From contig JANOQV010000165.1 in the NCBI GenBank assembly GCA_031414955.1, positions 1 to 52,977 on the forward strand: a DNA stretch of 52,977 nucleotides, read 5' to 3'. This DNA is from Pedosphaera sp. (GTDB lineage: Bacteria > Verrucomicrobiota > Verrucomicrobiia > Limisphaerales > SIBH01). Under the pieces are notes generated by a model. That model saw only the letters and a list, made by a program, of their open reading frames with translations, was not told the origin of the DNA and searched no databases. Made by a program: the position numbers and the translations under genes. Position 1 is the stretch's first letter. Each line of letters starts with the position of its first letter. Positions 29,757-37,005 of the stretch are shown in pieces.

Positions 29757-30572
29757 TTACGCCGTCTTCCGAAACGTGAGGAATGACCCTTCGTCGTTGT
29801 GCCGGACGAACTGGTAAAACTTAAGCCCCAGATCGGCGGGCTTCAGTTCCGGAAAGTTTTTCCCCAGCCAGGCTTTCCATTCGTCATTGGTCCACTTGGT
29901 CTGATGAAGATCAACCCCGTCGTGAATGTCAGGCCGCGAAGTGGTCGTGGCGGCGAAGTATCCGCCGGAGGCGAGATGGGCGGTGATGTTCTGAAACAGT
30001 TGCGGAAGGTCGGAGGTCGGAATGTGTTCCAGCACTTCCCACATGGTGATCAGGTGAAATTTCCCCGGCTCTCCGCTCAACCGGACGGTAAAGGGCTTGG
30101 TCACGTCGCAGGTGAAGAGGTTCTTGTGGGCCAGCGCCGGCCAGTTGGCGCGCTTGTGTTTGAGGGAGAAGTCCGAGCCTTCCAATCCGCACGCTGCCCA
30201 CCCCAGTTCCCGGTAGTCCGCCACCAACTGTCCCCCTGAGCAACCGAGGTCCAGCGCCCCGAGCACCTTGCCCGGATTATCCCGCCCGATGAGCTCCGCC
30301 ATGTGGGCGACGAACTTCTTGTTGGTGCTGTTGTCCCGGCTGGTGCCCCAGGGAATCAGGTGGTCGGGCGACTCGAAGGCGATGGGATTCTTGGTCTCGA
30401 GCGTAATGGTGCCTTCAAACGCCCTGCTGATCTGTTGCAGGCGGCGGCGACGCGAGGGGTAAATCCATTCCTGCGCTTGCTTGTAAAAGCGCATCCAGAT
30501 CTCCTTGAGCAGGAACTTCGTTTCGCCCTGCCGAACGAGTGAAAAGGCCCATTTCGCCGCTCTGAAAATCAT
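29757..30572 (-). CDS. class I SAM-dependent methyltransferase
   Basis: ALDLGCSGG, GLEGSD, FTCDVTKPF and WEVLEHI. Confidence 0.85.
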   Translation of the reverse strand: MIFRAAKWAFSLVRQGETKFLLKEIWMRFYKQAQEWIYPSRRRRLQQISRAFEGTITLETKNPIAFESPDHLIPWGTSRDNSTNKKFVAHMAELIGRDNPGKVLGALDLGCSGGQLVADYRELGWAACGLEGSDFSLKHKRANWPALAHKNLFTCDVTKPFTVRLSGEPGKFHLITMWEVLEHIPTSDLPQLFQNITAHLASGGYFAATTTSRPDIHDGVDLHQTKWTNDEWKAWLGKNFPELKPADLGLKFYQFVRHNDEGSFLTFRKTA

Positions 30573-30815
30573 AAAAGAGGGCGACGATATGGGCCGATTT
30601 GTCGGGGCACCAGCGATTTTTTCCTCTGCGCACGGCCCACGGTCCGGGTCTCACAGCGTTGGTCGGGGGGGGCTGGAGAACCTGACAGTTTGTTGTCCCG
30701 CTCCACGGATTTTTGAATCATCGACCATCGGCGCTTCCGTCTTGGAGTAACCAATCCTTTCCCTTTGCTTTCCCCGGGCCGTCGCCGTACGCCGGTCGAA
30801 ATCGGTGTGCCCCCT

Positions 30816-31904
30816 TCATTTGTTCCCCTTCTTCAGCACCTCCGCCATGGCCCAGCCCAGAGCGTTGCCGACTTCCATGAAGGTCTCGGCGTTCCGATTG
30901 TAGTGATAGCCCTGATTTTTCGGGGAAACCTCAACCTCCCGCCAGAAATCGCGGACGTCCACGCACTTCACGTTGCCGGCGAACTCCGGATGCTTCCTGG
31001 CGTCATTCAGCGCAAGCTGCGCTTCGGCGATCTGCAGCCCGAGGCCCGAGCGCCCGGGGTTCCCGCAGCCCGTGGCCAGCACAAACGGCGCGTTCGGCGC
31101 GTTGAAATCTTTTCGCAGCATCTTGATCAACTGCGCCAAGTTCTGTTCGTAGCGGCTGGCGTGGACCGGATTTTGATCCTTGTTCCCCTGCCACCAGACG
31201 AACCCGGTGACCTCGTATTTTTCGGCTCCAGGGTAATATTTACCGACCTCACTCAAGACCTTTTTGGCGTTGGCGGTGTCGTCGTCGTTTTGCTTGCCGG
31301 CGTACCACGCGACCTCCTTCTTGGGCTGACCTTCGATCCACGAATCGGGTGTGTCCTTGTATCCGGCGTAGGTCTTGCCCTCGACCGTGTACCGCGCGCT
31401 GCCGGGCGGAAGAAGATCCCAGCCCAAGCTGCGGTTGCCGATACAGGATTTAAGAATCAGCACCGAATCCTCCAGCACCTGGCCCATAATGTGACCGAAC
31501 TGCAACTCCGGCCCGATGGTCTTGCCTTTGACCGTCAGTCAGTCCTTTTGCACCAACTGCATGTGGCCGCGGTTTTGCATGACAAAGACGTGCCGAACAT
31601 CACTGCGCGCAGTCCACCTGCCGGCCTCATCCGACAAGTGGGGATACCGCTTTTCCTTCTTCGTCAGATACTCCAGCGTGCCATGAGTCGTCTCCGGCCC
31701 AACGTCTCCCATCCCGACCATGTTCGACTGCCCCAGCAGGATGAACACCTTGACCGGCTTGTTCGTGTCCGCTGCCTTGGCCTCCGGCCTCGGCAATGGG
31801 TGTTTCGGATTCGTATCGAACTTCTCCGCCGCCGAGGCGCTGGCGGCGCCCAGGACCGCGGCCGCCAGCAGCGAGACCACGGCGAATAGCGATTGGTTGT
31901 GCAT
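30816..31904 (-). pseudogene. sialate O-acetylesterase/SASA-family SGNH esterase interrupted by an in-frame TGA at 31539-31541
   Basis: Signal peptide; VFILLGQSNMVG; then QKD*LTVKGKTIGPELQFG continues in the same frame into GFVWWQG and YHYN. Confidence 0.85.
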
Positions 31905-31929
31905 AATTGTTTCCAGGTTGCGTGGTTAA

Positions 31930-32025
31930 TTACTTGGAAAGGGTCGGGCGCGCCAGTTCGGTGAAGCGGTCGGTCTGCCGCTGCCAGGCTTGGGCCAGTT
32001 CCTTCACCTTCTCCGGCAGCTTCGC
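31930..32025 (-). pseudogene. C-terminal remnant of a sulfatase-like gene
   Basis: AKLPEKVKELAQAWQRQTDRFTELARPTLSK* resembles the sulfatase terminal helix (compare ATRPEIVERLTKSL in 41521..43119); upstream sequence is the repeat array. Confidence 0.5.
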
Positions 32026-32033
32026 GATGCGGC

Positions 32034-32193
32034 AAAACCTAATGAAATTCCGGCACTCAGCGCGGCGGGGCGACGAAAGGGCGGCGCTGGGTGTGGGCGG
32101 AGCGGAGTCCTCAAGCCGGAAGGGGTGGCGGCAAACAGGCGGCGGCACGCGCGGGTTTCACGGCCGGGGGCGGCAAAACTTGCCGGCTTGAGG
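32034..32193. repeat. repeat A copy 1 (unknown ~160-bp G-rich structured repeat)
   Basis: Core cagcgcggcggggcgacgaa...gcggagtcctcaagccggaa...ggtggcggcaaacaggcggcgg..acgcgcgggtttcacggccggg shared with 34010 and 35040. Confidence 0.92.
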
Positions 32194-32233
32194 GAGGGAT
32201 GGGCCAGCGTGACGAGTTTGGCACGCCGCATTC

Positions 32234-32425
32234 TCAGCGCTGAAGGCGCGGTATTCGACAGCCCAGGGCAACGCCCTGGGTTGGCGATGCACAAGAATTC
32301 TCCAGCCCTTGAAAGGGCGGAACAACGGCGCGCTGAGTGACGCCTCTTCAGGGCTGGTTTGGTTTTGCGGACTCGCACCCAGGGCTTTGCCCTGGGCTGA
32401 CGAATGACGGCCCTTCGGGTCTGAA
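32234..32425. repeat. REP-doublet/MITE-like palindromic element B copy 1
   Basis: Nested hairpins cccagggcaacgccctggg, gcccttgaaagggc, cccagggctttgccctgggc and cccttcggg; second copy at 34863. Confidence 0.85.
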
Positions 32426-32434
32426 TCTGGGTTC

Positions 32435-32463
32435 TTGTTCCCGTTGAGGCGCCGCGTTACCGT
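32435..32463 (+). promoter_or_regulatory. putative leaderless promoter of TA module 1
   Basis: TTGTTC-17 nt-TACCGT, 6 nt before ATG 32470. Confidence 0.5.
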
Positions 32464-32469
32464 CCCGCC

Positions 32470-32757
32470 ATGAAGACGCTCACGGTTCAACTCGCGAAAG
32501 AGCAGTTCAGCCGCATCCTCACCGAAGCGAATCGCGGAGATGTGATTGTCCTCACGGATGGAGATCGGCGAATGGAGTTGGAAGCGACTCCACCCCACGG
32601 CGGTGCGCTTCCGTTCGATTTGGACGAGGACAGCACGGAACTGGAAGCAGAACTGCTCAAAGCCGTCAAAGGGCCGCACGCCCCCTTCTCCGAGGCGGAA
32701 CTGCGCGGCATCGCCGACCGCGCCTTGCAAGAGCACCGGACGAAGCGCGCCGAATGA
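32470..32757 (+). CDS. antitoxin with Phd/YefM-like N-terminal domain
   Basis: MKTLTVQLAKEQFSRILTEANRGDVIVLT; acidic C-terminal half; ATGA overlap with the toxin. Confidence 0.78.
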   Translation: MKTLTVQLAKEQFSRILTEANRGDVIVLTDGDRRMELEATPPHGGALPFDLDEDSTELEAELLKAVKGPHAPFSEAELRGIADRALQEHRTKRAE

Positions 32758-33089
32758 GCCTGGCGCTGCATCGTTCGGATTACTTCAACGAAGACTTCGA
32801 CCTGCAATACCGGTGGTATCTGCGCGAGGCGGGCGAGGAAATCGCCGAACGGTATTTTGCCGCCGTGCTGGCGAGCGTGCGCGAACTGGCGCGGCATCCC
32901 GGACTCGGACGTCAGCGGAAATTCCGGGACGAGGCGCTCCAGGGCTTGCGTTCTTTTCGCGTGGATCATCCGTTCCATCGCCACCTCATCTTCTATCGCG
33001 CCACGGAGAACGAACTGTTCGCCGAGCGAGTGATGCACGGCACGCGCGATTTGCCCCGGCGATTGCGCGAGGTGCCCGGTTCGGAATGA
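32754..33089 (+). CDS. RelE/ParE-family toxin
   Basis: YLREAG..IAERY, LARHPGLGR, LRSFRV..FHRHLIFYR and RVMHGTRDL. Confidence 0.88.
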   Translation: MSLALHRSDYFNEDFDLQYRWYLREAGEEIAERYFAAVLASVRELARHPGLGRQRKFRDEALQGLRSFRVDHPFHRHLIFYRATENELFAERVMHGTRDLPRRLREVPGSE

Positions 33090-33215
33090 GCCTCGTCACC
33101 TCGTCTGCTACGGCTTCCCCGGCTGCACCACTGAGATCACAAACTTCTCCGCGCTCAGGTATTGCTTCGTGAGGCGGCGGATGTCGTCGAGGGTCACGGA
33201 CTCGTAGCGCGCGTC
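33088..33215 (-). repeat. diverged duplicate of the M16 peptidase 3' end (35 codons + stop) plus GTAG-REP
   Basis: 120/128 nt identical to 36982..37109 by hand alignment, no indels; encodes DARYESVTLDDIRRLTKQYLSAEKFVISVVQPGKP*. Confidence 0.95.
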
Positions 33216-33224
33216 ATTTGGAAG

Positions 33225-33252
33225 TTGTTTCGGCGGAGTGGGCGATTACCTT
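33225..33252 (+). promoter_or_regulatory. putative leaderless promoter of TA module 2
   Basis: TTGTTT-16 nt-TACCTT, 7 nt before ATG 33260. Confidence 0.45.
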
Positions 33253-33259
33253 ACCGGCC

Positions 33260-33499
33260 ATGAGCGTGCTCGAATTGACGGATGAGCAGGTGATTTCGCT
33301 GGTGCGGCAACTCCCAACTGAGCGGAAGCGCAGCGCGCTGTTCGTGCTGGCCGGGGAAACCCAGGCGCGACGCGATGAACGCCTTCGTTTCGGCGAGGCG
33401 CAGTTGCGGCAGCTTTGCACGGCGCGCGGGCTGGATTGGGACCGGCTCTCGGAAGATGAGTGCGAAGATTTCGTGAACCGCCTGCTGCACGAGAAATAG
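33260..33499 (+). CDS. putative antitoxin (partner of the PIN toxin)
   Basis: 79-aa ORF MSVLELTDEQVISLVRQLP...LSEDECEDFVNRLLHEK directly upstream of, and overlapping, the PIN frame. Confidence 0.7.
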   Translation: MSVLELTDEQVISLVRQLPTERKRSALFVLAGETQARRDERLRFGEAQLRQLCTARGLDWDRLSEDECEDFVNRLLHEK

Positions 33500-33923
33500 C
33501 GCGGCTCTCACCGTCGTCTTCGATACGAACATCCTTTTCTCCGCCACCGGCTGGCGAGGCAATCCCTTTCAATGCGTCGAGCATGCCCGCACCGGGCGAA
33601 TCAATGCCGTGACTTGCCCTGAGTTAATGCAGGAACTCGCCGAGAAACTGGACACCAAGTTGAAGTTCTCTCCCGATCAAACCACCGAGACACTGGCTGA
33701 TTACTTGAGCTTTCATCGGTTGGTCAGCATTCCAAAAACACTCAATGCCGTCCCGCGCGACCCGGACGATAATGCCGTGCTGGAGTGCGCGCTGGAAGCT
33801 GGAGCCAGCCACATCGTCACGGGCGACGATGATTTGCTCGTGTTGAAGGAGTTTCGTGGAATCCAGATTGTCCGTGCGAGTGAGTTCCTCCGAATCTTCA
33901 CAGCGCAGCTCGGTTCAGAGTGA
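33489..33923 (+). CDS. PIN-family toxin (TIGR00305/PIN_3-like) lacking a canonical start; ACG at 33489
   Basis: Frame reads TVVFDTNILFSA...RDPDDNAVLECA...IVTGDDDLL. No ATG/GTG/TTG lies between the in-frame stop at 33474 and the DTN motif. Confidence 0.8.
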   Translation, partial: TRNSAALTVVFDTNILFSATGWRGNPFQCVEHARTGRINAVTCPELMQELAEKLDTKLKFSPDQTTETLADYLSFHRLVSIPKTLNAVPRDPDDNAVLECALEAGASHIVTGDDDLLVLKEFRGIQIVRASEFLRIFTAQLGSE

Positions 33924-34009
33924 GCCTTTCTACTGCGGCTGCTACTTTCCCGGCTGCACCACCGGGATCACGAACTTCTCCTGCTCAGGTACGGCTTCGT
34001 GATACGGCG
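33922..34009 (-). repeat. second, more degenerate duplicate of the M16 3' end plus GTAG-REP
   Basis: gagcctttctactgcggctgctactttcccggctgcaccaccgggatcacgaacttctcctgctcaggtacggcttcgtgatacggcg aligns with 36982..37073, with a 3-nt and a 1-nt gap. Confidence 0.9.
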
Positions 34010-34168
34010 AAACCCAACGGGATTTTGACACTCAGCGCGGCGGGGCGACGAAGGGGCGGCGCTGGGTGGGGAGGAGCGGAGTCCTCAAGCCGGAAAGGGT
34101 GGCGGCAAACAGGCGGCGGGACGCGCGGGTTTCACGGCCGGGCGGCAATCCTGGCCGGGTTGAGGAAT
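34010..34168. repeat. repeat A copy 2
   Basis: Aligns with 32034..32193 and 35040..35200; directly abuts the M16-tail copy. Confidence 0.92.
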
Positions 34169-34210
34169 TAAATGCCGGTGTGCGGGCGATGATTGCCTAA
34201 ACACGCTGCG

Positions 34211-34239
34211 TTGCATTGCCGGTCCAGACGGAGTATCAA
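34211..34239 (+). promoter_or_regulatory. putative leaderless promoter of TA module 3
   Basis: TTGCAT-17 nt-TATCAA, 6 nt before ATG 34246. Confidence 0.45.
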
Positions 34240-34245
34240 GGACGC

Positions 34246-34476
34246 ATGACTTTCACGCGCATCACCAGCGACCCAAAGCGGATGAATGGGCAGCCCTGCA
34301 TCCGAAACTTGCGGCTGACGGTGCGCCGCGTGGTGGAAGCGGTCGCCACCTACCCAAACCGCGACGAGCTGAAGCGCGAATATCCTGAGTTGCAGGAGGA
34401 AGACATTCGCGAAGCGCTGGCCTACGCGGCGGCGAACCTGGATGACAAAGTGATGGAACTGGCGGTCGGCCCGTGA
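34246..34476 (+). CDS. DUF433-family antitoxin
   Basis: RITSDPKRMNGQPCIRNLRLTV...YPELQEEDIREALAYAA. Confidence 0.92.
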   Translation: MTFTRITSDPKRMNGQPCIRNLRLTVRRVVEAVATYPNRDELKREYPELQEEDIREALAYAAANLDDKVMELAVGP

Positions 34477-34482
34477 TGGCGG

Positions 34483-34847
34483 ATGAAACTGCTGCTCGAC
34501 CAAGGCACACCCGCAGCGCGGCCCCGCTTTTATGCCGCGCCGGATTCGATGCGGTTCACACCGGCGACATCGGAATGGCGGCGGCGGGCGACGAAGTAAT
34601 TCTCCAGCGAGCCGTCGTTGAAGATCGGGTTGTCGTCACCCTGGACGCGGACTTTCACGCCCTGCTCGCGCACTCGGTCGCCACGAGACCGTCCGTGATT
34701 CGCGTTCGCATCGAAGGCTTGCGCGCGGAAGAATTTGCCAGCCTCCTGCCACGAGTGATCGGGCAATGCCGAAGCGATCTGGAAAGCGGTGCGATGGTTT
34801 CGGTGCAAGAAGGTCGCATTCGTGTGCGCCGACTACCGATGGCGTGA
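34483..34847 (+). pseudogene. DUF5615/VapC45-like PIN toxin with a 1-nt frameshift near 34510
   Basis: MKLLLDQGTP from ATG 34483; the rest (RSAAPLL..AGFDAVH..DEVIL..RVVVTLDADF..PSVIRVR) is in the -1 frame. Confidence 0.82.
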
Positions 34848-34862
34848 GGGATGTGACCGCGT

Positions 34863-35042
34863 TCAGCGCTGAAGGCGCGTCATTCGACAGCCCTGGGTGG
34901 GCGATCTTCAGAAGCTCCCCAGCCCTGAAAGGGCGGAACAGCGGCGCGAGGAGTGACGCCCCTTCAGGGCTAATTGGGTTTGGCGAATTCTCACCCAGGG
35001 CTGTGCCCTGGGCTGACGAATGACGGCCCTTCGGGCCTGAAA
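34863..35042. repeat. REP-doublet/MITE-like element B copy 2
   Basis: Same element as 32234..32425, with a 12-nt deletion (agggcaacgccc) between gccc microrepeats. Confidence 0.85.
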
Positions 35043-35200
35043 CCTCGGCGCGATTCCGGCACCCAGCGCGGCGGGGCGACGAAGGGGCGGCGCGGGGTGG
35101 GGGCGGAGCGGAGTCCTCAAGCCGGAAGGGGTGGCGGCAAACAGGCGGCGGGACGCGCGGGTTTCACGGCCGGGCGGCAAGCCTGGCCGGGGTGAGGAAT
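35040..35200. repeat. repeat A copy 3
   Basis: Aligns with copies 1 and 2; begins exactly where element B copy 2 ends. Confidence 0.92.
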
Positions 35201-35362
35201 GAATTGGTCACCGTGCTCAGGGTGGCTCGGACCGGGCAGAACTGGACTGATGGATGAGGTAATGTTTGAGTGACGCGAATGCTTGTTTTGAGATTCTCAA
35301 ACCGGAAATTGCGGAAACAGTCCGGTTGCATTAAAAATTGGCGCTGTTAGGAGAATATCTGA

Positions 35363-36343
35363 ATGCACGAGAATCAACTCCAATTATCAGAGGTGCGCAC
35401 GAATCAAGCGCGCACGCTTCGAGTGTTTGACTACACCATTACCTTGGCTCCGGGAGTTGTACGGTATCTTGGAGTCGCCAATTTTTTGGACGCAGACGTC
35501 GAACGCTCGGTTGACCTCGTGCGCAGTTCTTCGGCTCAACCTAAGATTCAGATCCCGCGAGACGAATTTGTTGTCGAGACGGATCAATTCAACCCAGGTT
35601 TGAACCTGGAAGAGATTGACGAATTGTTTCCAAACATCGGCTGGGAAGAGAGGCTACGGATACACCATGCACTTGGCAGGGCTTACAAAGAACACGGGAT
35701 GCCATCGTGCGTCTATGGTTGTTTTCATCGCGAACTCAAGTTGACAGAACTAACCACCGCCGCCTGTCTTGACGCGTGGGTGAAAAAAGCGTGGCACGAT
35801 AATGATCTGACGGAATCCTTCACTGGTGTATCGGACTACATGGTGCTGACATCCAATGCCTACAGTTCACGCTGTGTCTTTCGGAAAACTCACCTCATCG
35901 TGCATCGGCTCGGAGAACTGGAGCGAGAAGCCGAGGGAAAAAAAAGACGAGAACAAGAAGCAATTGCTTCAAGAGCCACACTTGGAGAATTGGAGCGCCT
36001 CAGAAAAAGTAGTTTTTCCACGTTTGTTTACCTGATGGAAGATTTGCGGAATGGGCATTTCAAGATTGGGCGGAGCGCCACACCAGGAAAGCGCGAACGG
36101 ACTCTGCAATCAGAAGTGCCGCAGATCGTTTTGCGTTTCTCGATACCCGCCAATGTCGATCACGAGCGAGAATTGCACGAGCGTTTCGACGATAAACGAC
36201 AGCGAGGAGAATGGTTTGCCCTCTCGCCTGACGACCTGCTCTGGCTCATGTCCTTCCTGAAGCAACACGGGGACGGGGCGCGCGTCGCTGTCGATCACCA
36301 GTGGTTCACCAATATATTTTTTAACGGTGCCGGACAACCTTGA
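35363..36343 (+). CDS. protein with C-terminal GIY-YIG nuclease (T5orf172/MUG113-like) domain
   Basis: FVYLMED..GHFKIGRS..PGKRERTLQ..ERELHERF..KRQRGEWF; N-terminal ~210 aa not recognised; low GC. Confidence 0.82.
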   Translation: MHENQLQLSEVRTNQARTLRVFDYTITLAPGVVRYLGVANFLDADVERSVDLVRSSSAQPKIQIPRDEFVVETDQFNPGLNLEEIDELFPNIGWEERLRIHHALGRAYKEHGMPSCVYGCFHRELKLTELTTAACLDAWVKKAWHDNDLTESFTGVSDYMVLTSNAYSSRCVFRKTHLIVHRLGELEREAEGKKRREQEAIASRATLGELERLRKSSFSTFVYLMEDLRNGHFKIGRSATPGKRERTLQSEVPQIVLRFSIPANVDHERELHERFDDKRQRGEWFALSPDDLLWLMSFLKQHGDGARVAVDHQWFTNIFFNGAGQP

Positions 36344-36349
36344 CTGGTC

Positions 36350-36973
36350 TCAGTCCCCCGCTGGCTCCTTGCCGTTTTGGATCATTTCAACTCCCAGTAG
36401 GATGCGAAACTCGCGCTGCAACTTCTGAAGGATCGGCGGGCATTTTTTGGAGAAAGCATCCCAACTTTTCTGCCAAGCATCGTCCCTTGATTCGTAATTT
36501 TTCGGCAGTTGTCGCATTTCAGCCATGTTCATCAGGTTGTGGAACTTGTACGTTTCTCGCCAAAGTTCCTGAACAAACGCTTCGATTTCGTTCGCTAGAT
36601 CTTCGCTCAGATAAATTTTCTTCTTCTCAAACGAAGTAACAAAGCTCTGCGTTGCAGACAGCGCAGCGCGGGCGTTTTCCATACGAGCGGTTTCAAATTC
36701 TTCGCCCTGAAATGGCGTGATGACCTTGTTCACCGCACGAAATGCATCGACCAAATCTCCGTGCATAGCTTCAACCATTTCCGCGCGCTTCTCGTGGAGC
36801 AACTTGAAGCGGACCTCATGCTCAACTCCGGTCTGCCGAAGAAACTGTCTGAATCTTTCAAGCTGTTTGGCGTCCCGGTGTGCGATTGCAGATTTGAGAT
36901 ACCAACCGACTGCACCAACCAAGACCGCATTGCCTGTGAGGGTTGCTACTACATCTGGCCAATTGAAGTTCAT
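36350..36973 (-). CDS. hypothetical protein (N-terminal TM anchor, helical body)
   Basis: 207-aa ORF with N-terminal hydrophobic helix; RFKLLHEKRAE..LQREFRILLG; low GC; starts 8 nt after the REP downstream of M16. Confidence 0.7.
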   Translation of the reverse strand: MNFNWPDVVATLTGNAVLVGAVGWYLKSAIAHRDAKQLERFRQFLRQTGVEHEVRFKLLHEKRAEMVEAMHGDLVDAFRAVNKVITPFQGEEFETARMENARAALSATQSFVTSFEKKKIYLSEDLANEIEAFVQELWRETYKFHNLMNMAEMRQLPKNYESRDDAWQKSWDAFSKKCPPILQKLQREFRILLGVEMIQNGKEPAGD

Positions 36974-36981
36974 ACTGATCA

Positions 36982-37005
36982 GAGCCTTGTCACCTCGGCT
37001 GCTAC
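36982..37005 (-). repeat. GTAG-capped REP overlapping the M16 stop codon
   Basis: Minus strand GTAGC-AGCC-GAGGTGACAA-GGCT-C; the TAG of GTAG is the stop. Variants at 33088-33111 and 33922-33945. Confidence 0.75.

Noticed and set aside
31539..31541. Selenocysteine or genetic code 4/25 reading of the internal TGA
   Set aside because: TGA is a normal stop in many genes here, the context suggests Trp rather than Cys, and no SECIS-like hairpin was evident.
31990..32378. ORFs spanning repeat A and element B (also 33920..34171, 34908..35180, 34974..35195)
   Set aside because: They are translations of non-coding repeats; frames and start/stop positions are not conserved between copies.
35140..35190. 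GCCGTGAAACCCGCGCGTCC on the minus strand of repeat A as group II intron domain V or a hammerhead core
   Set aside because: Only a partial resemblance. The domain V stem pairing, domain VI and the CUGANGA core are absent.
32034..35200. Repeat A or the M16-tail repeats as a CRISPR array or integron attC sites
   Set aside because: The repeats are 90-160 bp with gene-sized, irregular spacing. There are no cas genes, no RYYYAAC...GTTRRRY ends and no integron integrase in the window.
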